Below are positions 46,039 to 55,533 of a DNA stretch of 64,000 nt, in pieces; the stretch's first letter is position 1; the number at the start of each line of letters is the position of its first letter. The notes beneath the pieces were generated by a model. The model saw nothing but the letters and a program-made list of their open reading frames with translations, was not told the DNA's origin and did not search any database. Both the position numbers and the translations under genes were made by a program. The stretch covers positions 64,001 through 128,000 of the forward strand of contig JBDTZG010000002.1 in the NCBI GenBank assembly GCA_040005235.1, in the 5' to 3' direction. The DNA is from Acidobacteriota bacterium. GTDB lineage: Bacteria; Acidobacteriota; Thermoanaerobaculia; Multivoradales; UBA5704.

Positions 46039-47408
46039 TCCGTGCCTACCGCGTCGGCTGCGGAGACTGCATCTACGTCCGCATTCCGGAGGGAGACGAC
46101 GGATTCCACATCCTCATCGATTGCGGCAAGAAGGGGGACGACGACCTTCTCGAGCAGGCGATCAAACATCTCGAGACCCAGCTGCCCAAGGGCGACGCGG
46201 GCAAGAGGCGGCTGGATCTGATCGTCGCCACGCACCGGCACGAGGATCACATCAAAGGGTTTGACGAGAGGTGGTTCAAGAACATCCAGGTCAAAAACGT
46301 CTGGCTCAGCGCGGTGATGGATCCCAAGCATCCGCAAGCGGAGAAGGCGCAGAAGCTTCACGCTTTCGCCGACGCGGAGATGCGCCGCCTCGCCTTGAGC
46401 GGCAGAGCTTTGAGTCCGCAGGTCCAAATCCTCGTTTCCGCCTACGGCGTGAACAACGACGCGGCCGACGACTTCCTGATGAAGACCTTGGCGGAGGCGA
46501 ACCACATCACGCCGCAGTTCGTCCACGCGGGACAGACGTCTAAGCAGCTCGGCCTTGATCTTGAGGACGCTACGATCCACGTTCTAGCTCCCGAAGAGGA
46601 CATCGACGGCTTCTATCTCGGCAGCGACTTCGATCCGACCCTCAAAGGCGTTCAAGATGGCGGTCTTAGAGGAGAGCCTCGGACGGAGCCCGTGGAAACC
46701 CCCGTTCCGAAAAACATCGGCGCGGGCGACTTTCGCCGGCTGCAATCCGGCATGCTGTCCAACAGCCTCGCCTTCGCCGCCAAGGACACCACGATCCAGA
46801 ACAACATGAGCGTCGTGCTCCTGATCGAATGGAAAGGGAGAAGGCTCTTGTTCGTCGGCGACGCCGAGTGGGATCGCGAATTCAAGGAGGGCAAAGACAA
46901 CGGCAGCTGGAACGTGATGTGGGAGAGGCGGCGGGAACACCTCTTGGAACCCCTCGACTTCCTGAAGATCGGTCACCACGGCAGCGTCAACGCCACGCCG
47001 CCGGTCGCCGAGCATCAGCCGAAACCTAAGAACGGTGCCGTGGATCCGGGTGAGAAGAGCATCTATCGGCTGCTCGATTCCATTTTGCCTCCACCCAAGG
47101 GCAACGAGAAACCGACGGCGCAGGCGATCGTCTCTACCGAGCGGGAGTTCTACCCAACGATCCCCGATTGCTCTGTACTGGCGGACCTCGCCCGCCGGGT
47201 GAGCAACACGAGAGACTACGGCGCGGCATTCGGAAAGAAGAAGATCGACCCCCAGGGCATCTGGGTCTCGGAGAAGGCGAAAAGGCTCAAGTTTTTCGAG
47301 ACCTATGAGGCGGGGTTCTTGAACCATCGCCAACCGCTCCGGACCGATTTGGAGTTCGCGCTCGGGGAGGAATTCTTCGTCGACGTCGAGATACCGCCGG
47401 GAAAATAA
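46020..47408 (+). CDS. MBL-fold (ComEC-like) metallo-hydrolase
   Basis: VGCGDC, LIDCG, THRHEDH, FVGDAE, KIGHHGS; overlaps the peptidase end. Confidence 0.85.
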   Translation: MENHLLIRAYRVGCGDCIYVRIPEGDDGFHILIDCGKKGDDDLLEQAIKHLETQLPKGDAGKRRLDLIVATHRHEDHIKGFDERWFKNIQVKNVWLSAVMDPKHPQAEKAQKLHAFADAEMRRLALSGRALSPQVQILVSAYGVNNDAADDFLMKTLAEANHITPQFVHAGQTSKQLGLDLEDATIHVLAPEEDIDGFYLGSDFDPTLKGVQDGGLRGEPRTEPVETPVPKNIGAGDFRRLQSGMLSNSLAFAAKDTTIQNNMSVVLLIEWKGRRLLFVGDAEWDREFKEGKDNGSWNVMWERRREHLLEPLDFLKIGHHGSVNATPPVAEHQPKPKNGAVDPGEKSIYRLLDSILPPPKGNEKPTAQAIVSTEREFYPTIPDCSVLADLARRVSNTRDYGAAFGKKKIDPQGIWVSEKAKRLKFFETYEAGFLNHRQPLRTDLEFALGEEFFVDVEIPPGK

Positions 47409-47475
47409 CGGCGTACGGTTTTTTCGTGGGATCTCGTCGTCCCTCCCCGGACCTCGGCCGTGGCAGAATCGCTCC

Positions 47476-49233
47476 GTGCTGCGCTTCTGCCTCCGGCTGG
47501 TCAAACCTTATTGGAAGCAGCTGACCCTCGTGGGGGTGGCGCTGCTGGTTCAGACGGCGGCGCGGCTCGCGGCGCCCTGGCCGCTCAAGATCGTGCTCGA
47601 TTCGGTGCTCGGATCGCGCGCCCTGCCCAAGGCGCTGGCTGCGCTCCTTCCCGCCGGTTCCGATCGACTGACGATTCTCACCGCGGCGGTCCTCGCTACC
47701 CTCGTGTTCGCAGTCCTCGAAGCGGCGAGCAGCTATCTCAACGCCGTTTCGACCGCGACCCTCGGTCAATGGGTCGCCCACGATCTCCGCCAGCGGGTGT
47801 ACGCCCATCTGCAACGGCTGTCGATGTCCTACTACGACCGGCAGCAGGTGGGGCCGCTGATCAGCACGATCACCGACGACATCAAGGCCGTTCAGGATTT
47901 CGCCTCGTCGTCGCTGCTCACGATCGTCGTCGACGTGCTCACCATCCTCGGCGTCCTGGGGGTGATGTTCTCGCTCAACTGGAACTTCACCCTGGTGGCC
48001 CTTTCGGTCACGCCGCTGGTGGCCCTGTTCGCTTACCGGCTGCGCTACGTCGTCCGCTCCGCCACCCGCGAGGTGCGGCGCCGCCAGAGCGAGATCGTGG
48101 CGATCGTCCAAGAGGGCCTGACCGCCATGCGCGTCGTCAAGGCTTTCGCGCAGGGCCGCTTCGAGTCGCAAAGGCTCGATGCGAAGAGCCTGGAGACCCT
48201 GGAGGCATCGCTCCGCGCGCGAAAGGTCCGGGCGCTCCTGCCGCCGGTCCTCACGCTGGTCGTGGCGATCGGCACCGGCGGCGTGCTCTGGTTCGGCGCC
48301 CGGCTGGTGCTTGAGGGTGCGATGACCGCGGGCGCGCTGGTGGTTTTTCTTGCCTACCTCGCGCGGCTGTTTGCGCCGATCCAGGACCTGGCCAAGGCGA
48401 GCACCGACGTCGCCCAGGCCGCCGTGGGTCTCGAACGGGTGCGGGAAATCCTCGACACCGACGAGCGGCTCGTCCGGTCGCCGAACGCCCGGCCGCTGGA
48501 GCACGTCGACGGCCGGGTCGAATTCAAAAACGTCACGTTCGCCTATCAACCGGGCCGGCCGGTGCTCCACGACGTCTCGTTCGCCGTCGAGCCGGGGCAA
48601 CTCGTCGGTCTCGTGGGGCCGAGCGGCAGCGGCAAGTCCACCCTCGTCAGCCTGATTCCGCGCTTCTACGATCCGACTTCCGGGGAGGTCGCGATCGACG
48701 GCACCGACGTGCGGGAATTCACCATCCGCTCGCTGCGGCGCAAGATCGGCTTCGTCCTCCAGGACACGCAGCTCTTCTACTCTTCGATTTGGCAGAACAT
48801 CGCCTACGGCCGCCCCGACGCGACGAAGGAAGAGATCGAAAACGCCGCGCGGCTCGCCCATGCGGACAAGTTCATCGAGGCCCTACCCGAGGGATATGAC
48901 ACGGTCGTTGGTCAAGGGGGGCTGGCGCTCTCCGGCGGCCAGCGCCAGCGCATCGGCATCGCCCGCGCCGTAATCCGCGACGCCCCGATCATGATCCTCG
49001 ACGAGCACAGCTCGGGGCTCGACGCCGAGTCGGAAAAGTTGGTGTTTGAGGCGCTCAACCGGCTGCGGGTCGGCCGCACCACGTTCGTCATCGCCCACCG
49101 GCTCGCGACGGTCAAAAGCTCCGATCTGATCCTAGTCCTCGACGCCGGCCGGATCGTCGAACGCGGCACCCACGACGAGCTGGTCGCCCTGGGCGGTTTG
49201 TACTCGGTGCTTCAGCGCGACCAGTTGGTGTAG
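47476..49233 (+). CDS. ABC exporter, fused TMD + ATPase (MsbA-like)
   Basis: Six TM; GPSGSGKST, LSGGQRQR, ILDE, IAHRL. Confidence 0.92.
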   Translation: MLRFCLRLVKPYWKQLTLVGVALLVQTAARLAAPWPLKIVLDSVLGSRALPKALAALLPAGSDRLTILTAAVLATLVFAVLEAASSYLNAVSTATLGQWVAHDLRQRVYAHLQRLSMSYYDRQQVGPLISTITDDIKAVQDFASSSLLTIVVDVLTILGVLGVMFSLNWNFTLVALSVTPLVALFAYRLRYVVRSATREVRRRQSEIVAIVQEGLTAMRVVKAFAQGRFESQRLDAKSLETLEASLRARKVRALLPPVLTLVVAIGTGGVLWFGARLVLEGAMTAGALVVFLAYLARLFAPIQDLAKASTDVAQAAVGLERVREILDTDERLVRSPNARPLEHVDGRVEFKNVTFAYQPGRPVLHDVSFAVEPGQLVGLVGPSGSGKSTLVSLIPRFYDPTSGEVAIDGTDVREFTIRSLRRKIGFVLQDTQLFYSSIWQNIAYGRPDATKEEIENAARLAHADKFIEALPEGYDTVVGQGGLALSGGQRQRIGIARAVIRDAPIMILDEHSSGLDAESEKLVFEALNRLRVGRTTFVIAHRLATVKSSDLILVLDAGRIVERGTHDELVALGGLYSVLQRDQLV

Positions 49234-49271
49234 GCGACCCCAATGAATCCTGGCGGCGCTGGGTAGACCTT

Positions 49272-50144
49272 TCAAGCGCTCTTTTTTCGTGATTGTGAGG
49301 CACGGTGCCGCGTCGGCGTGGCTTTGGCTTTTGGCTTGGCCGTCGCGCGGCTTTTGGTTTTTCCGCCGGGCGCCAGGCTTTGCTTGAGGAGCGCCATCAG
49401 ATCCACGACTTCCGCCATCGGCTCTTCGGGCGCGGTCTCGACTTCTTCCTGCTCGCCCTTCTTGCCGCTCTTCGCCTTCTTCTTGATCAGCGCCAGCAGA
49501 TCGTCCCGATACTCGTCCTTGTACTCTTTCGGATTCCAGGTCTCGTCCATCCCTTCGATCAATCGCTCCGCGAGCTGGATCTCTTTGGCGTTCACTGCTC
49601 CGCGTTGGGGGAATTCGTACGCCGCCGGATCGCGCAGCTCATGGGCGAAGCGCAAGAGGTTGACGACGATCGCCTCCTCCACGGGGTAGATGGCGGCGAG
49701 GTACTGGCGCGTGCGAACCACCAGCCGGGCGAGGCCGATCCGTTCGGAGCGAAGAAGCGCCTCGCGCAGGAGGGTATAGGCCTTGACGCCCGCCTTCTGC
49801 GGCACGATGAAGTAGGGCTTGTCGAAATAGATCGGCGGAATGTCGCCCGCCCCGACGAAACCGAAGATCTCGACCGTCTGAGAAGCTTTCGGATTGGCAC
49901 GAGCGAAATCTTTTTCGTCCAACACCACGAACTTGCCTTTGCTGATCTCGTAGCCGCGGACGAGATCCTTCTCGCCGATCGGTTGACCGGTCTTCTTGTT
50001 GACCTTCTTATAGCCGACGCGCGAGAGGTTGCGTCGATCGAGCAGCGTCAGATCGAATTCGTCGGGGCTCTCCGCCGGATAGAGGCCCACCGGAATGTTG
50101 ACGAGACCGAAGCTCAGGCTGCCGTTCCAGATCGAATGGGGCAT
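49272..50144 (-). CDS. ku: Non-homologous end-joining protein Ku
   Basis: IWNGSLSFGLVNIPV, YFDKPY, YKDEYR, VVDLMALLKQSL, basic tail. Confidence 0.95.
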   Translation of the reverse strand: MPHSIWNGSLSFGLVNIPVGLYPAESPDEFDLTLLDRRNLSRVGYKKVNKKTGQPIGEKDLVRGYEISKGKFVVLDEKDFARANPKASQTVEIFGFVGAGDIPPIYFDKPYFIVPQKAGVKAYTLLREALLRSERIGLARLVVRTRQYLAAIYPVEEAIVVNLLRFAHELRDPAAYEFPQRGAVNAKEIQLAERLIEGMDETWNPKEYKDEYRDDLLALIKKKAKSGKKGEQEEVETAPEEPMAEVVDLMALLKQSLAPGGKTKSRATAKPKAKATPTRHRASQSRKKSA

Positions 50145-50388
50145 GGCGGACCTCCGCGGACTATGGGACTTCCTCAGTGCTTCGGCTTGGCCGAAGAAAT
50201 TTTCTTCGAACCCCGAAACAGCAAGGCATGTGCCCGGCGGACGGCACTTCGCTTGCTTGCCTTTCCTCTGTTCCCGGCACTTTCGCCGGGCAACGCTCTC
50301 GATCGGAGGAAACGATGGAATCGACTGCAACGAAAAACCCCTTCGTCTACGAGCTCAAAAAACCAGGAGTTGCCGGGAGGGTCCTCCC

Positions 50389-50952
50389 ATGAAGCGCAAA
50401 TTCCTTTGGACCGCCCTCTCCTTCGCCGGAATCGTTGCCGTCGGAGGTGTCTTGGCAGGGCAGGATCAGCCCGGCGCCGTGGGCCAACGGACGCCCACCG
50501 ATCCGGAGACTTCGCGCATCGTCCGCGGTTTTCTGATCGCTCCGGTGCCCCTCAACCTGCGCGGCAAGAACCGGGCGCTGGTGGGCCTTGGCAGCTACAT
50601 CGTGAACGCCCAGGCTGGCTGCAACGATTGCCATACCGTTCCCCCTTACGCCGCCGGTCACGATCCGTACCAGGGTGAACCGAAGCAGATCAACGCGGAG
50701 CGGTACCTGGCGGGCGGCCGAGACTTTGGCATTGCCGTCTCGGACAACATCACTCCCGACGAGAACGGCAAACCGGCGGGACTGACCTACCAGGAGTTCC
50801 GTACCCTGATCCGCACCGGCCATGATCCCGACGAACCGGACGACATTCTCCAGGTGATGCCCTGGCCGATCTTCCGCGAGATGAAGGACCACGACCTCGA
50901 AGCGATCTACGAGTACCTTCGCTCGATTCCCCACATCGCCACAGAGGAATGA
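50389..50952 (+). CDS. Secreted cytochrome c
   Basis: Signal peptide; GCNDCHT; NITPD; MPW; AIYEYL. Confidence 0.85.
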   Translation: MKRKFLWTALSFAGIVAVGGVLAGQDQPGAVGQRTPTDPETSRIVRGFLIAPVPLNLRGKNRALVGLGSYIVNAQAGCNDCHTVPPYAAGHDPYQGEPKQINAERYLAGGRDFGIAVSDNITPDENGKPAGLTYQEFRTLIRTGHDPDEPDDILQVMPWPIFREMKDHDLEAIYEYLRSIPHIATEE

Positions 50953-50961
50953 AAACCGCAA

Positions 50962-50998
50962 CCTCGACGCCCTCGAGTTCGGCCCGAGGGCGTCGAGG
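50962..50998. terminator. GC-rich hairpin after the cytochrome c gene
   Basis: CCTCGACGCCCTCG-9 nt-CGAGGGCGTCGAGG; no clear U-tract. Confidence 0.5.
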
Positions 50999-51153
50999 GT
51001 CCGCCGCACGAACAGCTTCGATTCGTCCCAGGGGGTCGTCGAGCGGCGCGCAGCATTTTCCGGCGACCGCAAGAGATTCCCGGCGTTTCTTCCGGCGCGC
51101 TACGGAATCCTCAAGGGCACTGCGGCGATTCGCTGCTACAATCACCGCACATT

Positions 51154-52302
51154 ATGCGGCGAAAGGGTCCGTACATCCACGATCAATCGGACTGGCCCCA
51201 ATTCCGCTGGGACTCCGAAAGGATTGCCAAGCTTCTCGCCTCCGTGCGCCATCAACAGGGTCGCCTGATCGGCCACATGGAAGCGCTCGGGCTCCAGCTT
51301 CGGCAGGAAGCCGTTCTCCAAACCTTGACGGAAGACGTCGTCAAGAGCAGCGAGATCGAGGGCGAGCTGCTAGATGTCGAGCAGGTGCGCTCGTCGGTTG
51401 CGCGCCGCCTCGGCATGGATGTCGGAGGCCTGAAGGCACCCGATCGCGATGTCGAAGGCGTCGTCGAGATGATGTTGGACGCCACCCGGTATTTTGACCA
51501 GCCGCTCACCGCCGAGAGGCTTTTTGCCTGGCACGCGTCCTTGTTTCCCACCGGCCGCAGCGGAATGCGCAAGATCCGGGCGGGCGCTTGGCGCGAAGAC
51601 GTCACCGGTCCGATGCAGGTCGTCTCCGGCCCCATCGGGCGCGAACGGGTTCATTTCGAAGCCATTGCCGGCGAAAGGCTCGACCGGGAAATGCGCGCGT
51701 TTCTCGATTGGATCAACGACGCCGGCCATGACGCCCAACTAGACCTGGTGCTCAAGGCCGGGCTCGCCCATCTTTGGTTCGTGACGATCCATCCGTTCGA
51801 CGACGGCAACGGCCGCATCGCCCGCGCAATCGCGGACCTCGTGCTGGCGCGGTCCGAGGGAAGCCCCCGGCGCTACTACAGCATGTCGGCGCAAATTCGC
51901 CGGGAGCGCAAGGCGTATTACGACATCCTAGAACAGACGCAGAAAGGCGCCCTGGACGTCACGCCCTGGCTCGACTGGTTTCTCGCCTGCCTCGGCCGCG
52001 CGATCGACGGCGCCCAAACAACTCTGGCTCTGGTCCTCGCGAAAGCTCGATTCTGGCAAGCGATTCCAAACACCGAGATCAATGCCCGCCAGCGTCTCGT
52101 TCTCAATCGCCTACTGGACGGTTTCGAGGGTGCGCTCACGACCTCGAAGTGGGCAAAGATCGCCAAGTGCTCGCCGGACACGGCCCTGCGGGACATTCTC
52201 GATCTCGTCGAACGAGGGGTTCTCGTCCGCGGCCAAGAAGGCGGGCGTAGCACGAGCTACAGCCGCGCCGACGCGAGGCGAGATGACTCACCTGGAAACT
52301 AA
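51154..52302 (+). CDS. Fic family protein (DUF4172-Fic-wHTH)
   Basis: HPFDDGNGRIAR; SSEIEGE; DTALRDI. Confidence 0.92.
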   Translation: MRRKGPYIHDQSDWPQFRWDSERIAKLLASVRHQQGRLIGHMEALGLQLRQEAVLQTLTEDVVKSSEIEGELLDVEQVRSSVARRLGMDVGGLKAPDRDVEGVVEMMLDATRYFDQPLTAERLFAWHASLFPTGRSGMRKIRAGAWREDVTGPMQVVSGPIGRERVHFEAIAGERLDREMRAFLDWINDAGHDAQLDLVLKAGLAHLWFVTIHPFDDGNGRIARAIADLVLARSEGSPRRYYSMSAQIRRERKAYYDILEQTQKGALDVTPWLDWFLACLGRAIDGAQTTLALVLAKARFWQAIPNTEINARQRLVLNRLLDGFEGALTTSKWAKIAKCSPDTALRDILDLVERGVLVRGQEGGRSTSYSRADARRDDSPGN

Positions 52303-52382
52303 TCGGAGAAACAGGCGCACCCTTTCAACCGGTTGTCAGGCCCCAGGATAGGATCTCCACCGAACTTCCCTCGGAGGCCACC

Positions 52383-52736
52383 ATGCCGGAAGCCGCACCC
52401 ACCGTCGAGCAGCATTTCGCAGGCAAGGACCCCGCGGTTCGCGAGATCTACGATCGTCTCTTGTCCGAGGTTGGAAAGCTCGGCGAGCTCACCGAGGATC
52501 CCAAGAAGACCTCGATTCATCTGAATCGCCGGACGGCGTTTGCGGGCATCGCTACCCGCAAGAGCTCGCTGGTCTTGACGCTTAAGTCGGCCCAAGACCT
52601 TCGCAGCCCGCGGGTGAAAAAGCACGAGCAGACGTCGGCGAGTCGGTGGCACCTGGAGGTGCCACTCACCTTCCCTGCGGATGTCGACGCCGAATTGGTC
52701 TCGTGGCTCAAGGCGGCGTACGAGATCTCGGGGTAG
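52383..52736 (+). CDS. DUF5655-like small protein
   Basis: GGAGG RBS; PKKTSI, AFAG, DVDAELVSWLKAAY. Confidence 0.75.
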   Translation: MPEAAPTVEQHFAGKDPAVREIYDRLLSEVGKLGELTEDPKKTSIHLNRRTAFAGIATRKSSLVLTLKSAQDLRSPRVKKHEQTSASRWHLEVPLTFPADVDAELVSWLKAAYEISG

Positions 52737-52752
52737 CTAGCGGCGGGATCAA

Positions 52753-52808
52753 ACGTTCCGAAGGATAATGGGTGGCATGGGGCTACGTTTCGAAGGATAA
52801 TGTAGCCC
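52753..52808 (+). promoter_or_regulatory. 18-bp direct repeat pair plus inverted repeat upstream of the AAA ATPase
   Basis: ACGTTCCGAAGGATAATG (52753) and ACGTTTCGAAGGATAATG (52785); GGGCTAC/GTAGCCC. Confidence 0.6.
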
Positions 52809-52811
52809 AGC

Positions 52812-54152
52812 ATGACTCCCGAGCTTCGCGCGCTTCTCGAGTTGACCAACCCCTGGCTGAGCGATCCGTTTGCCGCTCAGGGGGCCGCGCAGCGTCGTGG
52901 GCCTCTAAACCTGCTGTCCCGCGCCGCCGCGCCGGGTCTGGCCGCGGCGCTTGAGGACCGACGCCGGGCTCATCTGGTGATCGGCCCGCGCCAGGCCGGC
53001 AAGAGCACGCTGGTTTGGTCGTTGCTCTCGGCGCGACCGCAGTCCTTGCTCTTCCTCAACTGTGAGGAGACTCTGATCCGGCAGTGGTGCGTTTCCCCGG
53101 CGCTCTTCGTCGGCGACATGGCCGAATGGCTGCCGGAGGACGGCGTCCTTTTTTTGGAAGAGGCGCAGTGGCTGGACGAGGCGGGACTCTTCCTCAAGGG
53201 GCTGGTCGATGCCCAGACAGGCCGGCGGATCGTCGTCACCGGCAGCTCGTCGTATCACCTGCTCGCGCGCACCCGAGAATCTCTGGCAGGGCGAGCCACC
53301 CGCCACGCGCTGTGGCCGCTGTCCCTTCGCGAAGTCGTCCCGACGGATTCGCATTCCAGTCCGGCGGCATTTCGGCGCGCCCGTCGGGAGGCGATGGAGC
53401 GGCAGCTCCTGGTCGGCGGGTACCCTGAGGTGTGGACATCGCGGAACGCGGAGTCCGTCTTACAGGAGCTGCTTACCGCCTTCGTGCTGCGCGATGCGTC
53501 CGACCGCTTCCGCATCGAACGGCCGGATGCGTTTCGCCTGCTTCTCCGCCTGTTGGCGGGGCAGGTCGGCGACGTCGGGAGCTTCTCGGAGTGGTCGCAC
53601 ATCCTGGGGATCGCCGTCTCCACGGTCTCCGACTACGTTGCCCTGCTGGAAGAGACGCACCTCGTCCGGCGGGTTCGCCCCTTCATCGGCGGCAAGCGGG
53701 CGGAGCTCACCCAGGCGCCTCGGTTCTACTTTCTCGACAACGGCCTGCGCAACCTACTCGTCGGCGGGCTCACGCACCTCGAAGAGCGAGCCGACATCGG
53801 CAAACTGATGGAGAACTGGGTCGCTTCGGAGCTTCACAAGCGCTATCCGGAGCCCGGAGAGGTGCGTTATTGGCGGACGACCGGCGGAGCCGAAGTGGAC
53901 TTCGTTCTCGAGCCCCGGCCGGGCGTCTTGGTGGGCATTGAGGTCAAGGCGCGTACCGGAGGCACCCTGAAGCTCACGCGCTCGATGCACAGTTTCATCG
54001 AGGCCTACCAACCGCGCCGCATGCTCCTGGTTCATCGCGGCGAACCGGAACGGCAGGAGATCGGAACCACCGAGGTGCTCGCGGTGCCCGCCGAACTGCT
54101 TCCGGAAGCGCTCGACGAGCTGGCCGAATTCGGTTCGGAAAAGGGGCGCTGA
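52812..54152 (+). CDS. AAA_14 ATPase with DUF4143 and PD-(D/E)XK-like tail
   Basis: GPRQAGKST, TGSS, ESLAGR, GGYPE, YFLDNGLRN, EVDFV, IEVK. Confidence 0.9.
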   Translation: MTPELRALLELTNPWLSDPFAAQGAAQRRGPLNLLSRAAAPGLAAALEDRRRAHLVIGPRQAGKSTLVWSLLSARPQSLLFLNCEETLIRQWCVSPALFVGDMAEWLPEDGVLFLEEAQWLDEAGLFLKGLVDAQTGRRIVVTGSSSYHLLARTRESLAGRATRHALWPLSLREVVPTDSHSSPAAFRRARREAMERQLLVGGYPEVWTSRNAESVLQELLTAFVLRDASDRFRIERPDAFRLLLRLLAGQVGDVGSFSEWSHILGIAVSTVSDYVALLEETHLVRRVRPFIGGKRAELTQAPRFYFLDNGLRNLLVGGLTHLEERADIGKLMENWVASELHKRYPEPGEVRYWRTTGGAEVDFVLEPRPGVLVGIEVKARTGGTLKLTRSMHSFIEAYQPRRMLLVHRGEPERQEIGTTEVLAVPAELLPEALDELAEFGSEKGR

Positions 54153-54275
54153 CGTTCGGCGGCAGGGTAACGGCAGGTCTGCCACTTAATCGAAGTTGAA
54201 AATGACTCGAAGAGTGCATAGCATCCGGCCACGGGATGAAGTGCTAAAGCCCTACAGCCGAATAAGGAGATCCCC

Positions 54276-54356
54276 ATGCGCAAAACGCTAGTCTCCGCTG
54301 TCGTGGCAGGTTCACTCGCAATCGCTCCGGCGGCTTGGGCGGCGGCCGGCGGCGCT
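54276..54356 (+). pseudogene. Signal-peptide stub of a lost secreted-protein gene
   Basis: TAAGGAG RBS; MRKTLVSAVVAGSLAIAPAAWAAAGGA; the frame then runs into the convergent gene. Confidence 0.4.
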
Positions 54357-54403
54357 TTCGTGGCCCACGGTCGGTCCTTCAGATTTGTTCGCAGGACCCG
54401 CCC

Positions 54404-55462
54404 TCAGATCAAACCGCGCTCGGATAGCTCGGCCTTCAGGAAAGCGTAGTAGATCGGCGCGGCGATCACCCCCGCCAAGCCGAAAGCGGACTCCATCAGC
54501 AGGATCGCGAGCAGAAGCTCCCAGGCGCTCGCCTTGATCTGGGTACCGACGATCCGGGCGTTCAGGAAATATTCGAGCTTGTGGATCACGGCCAGGAAGC
54601 CGAGCGAGCCTAGGGCGGCGCCCAACGAGTAGGACAGGCTCACGACGACGATGAACGTGTTCGAGATCAGGTTGCCTACCACCGGCACGAGCCCCGCGAT
54701 GAAGGTCACTCCGATCAGCGTCTTGGTGAGCGGCAAGTGGACCCCGAACATCGGCAGGACCACGGCCAGATAGATGGCGGTGAGGGCGGTGTTCAAGGCG
54801 GAGATTCGTACCTGGGCGAAGACGACGCGGCGGAACGCGTCGCCCAAATGTTCGGCACGGTCGGTGAGCGCCTTGGCGAGGGGAGCCCGCTTACCGTGCT
54901 CCAGCGTCTCGTACAGCGAAATCAAGGCGCCGAGGATCATTCCGATCAGCGCATGAAGAAACGTCTTGCCGAGGTTTGTGCTGAGGGTCTTGACCACATC
55001 GGCATGTTCGCGCAGCCAGGAGACCGCCGTGTGCTTTAGCTCGGCCGCATTGTCGGGGATTTGGGTCGCCAGCCAATCCGGCAGCTGCTCCTTCGACTTC
55101 TCCAGCACGTCGGCCATCTTCGCGAGCAGAGCGGCGAGGCTCCCTTGGTCGCTGCGAAAAAACGCGAACGTGCCGATCACGATCAGGGCCAGCAGGGCGA
55201 TCACGATCGCCGAAAGAAGCGTTACCGCCAAAGCCCGCCGCAGCCCTCGACCTTTTTGCAGGAACCTCAGCTTTCCCGCGATCAGATGGACCAGCTCATA
55301 CACCGCCAACCCGCCCAAAAGGGCCGACAGCAGATGGAGCCGAAGCACCAGGTACAGGCCGATCGCGGCCAGAATCCAAGCCGCGATCTCGGTCGAGGTC
55401 GGGCGCGGGAGGGGGGCGGCCGGGGCGGAGATAGGGGGCGCCGTGCTCTTCGTGGTGGCCAT
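54404..55462 (-). CDS. AI-2E family transporter
   Basis: Multi-TM; VVFAQVRIS..N, GLVPVVGNLISN, HKLEYFLNARIVG. Confidence 0.88.
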   Translation of the reverse strand: MATTKSTAPPISAPAAPLPRPTSTEIAAWILAAIGLYLVLRLHLLSALLGGLAVYELVHLIAGKLRFLQKGRGLRRALAVTLLSAIVIALLALIVIGTFAFFRSDQGSLAALLAKMADVLEKSKEQLPDWLATQIPDNAAELKHTAVSWLREHADVVKTLSTNLGKTFLHALIGMILGALISLYETLEHGKRAPLAKALTDRAEHLGDAFRRVVFAQVRISALNTALTAIYLAVVLPMFGVHLPLTKTLIGVTFIAGLVPVVGNLISNTFIVVVSLSYSLGAALGSLGFLAVIHKLEYFLNARIVGTQIKASAWELLLAILLMESAFGLAGVIAAPIYYAFLKAELSERGLI

Positions 55463-55468
55463 CGCTCC

Positions 55469-55507
55469 AAACATTATGCAGCAGAAACATTATGTAGCTG
55501 CTACATA
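55469..55507. promoter_or_regulatory. Operator-like tandem repeat and palindrome upstream of the AI-2E gene
   Basis: AAACATTATGCAGCAG/AAACATTATGTAGCTG tandem; TATGTAGC-T-GCTACATA palindrome. Confidence 0.55.
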
Positions 55508-55533
55508 GTCTTCGGCAAGCTGCCGAACCCAGC

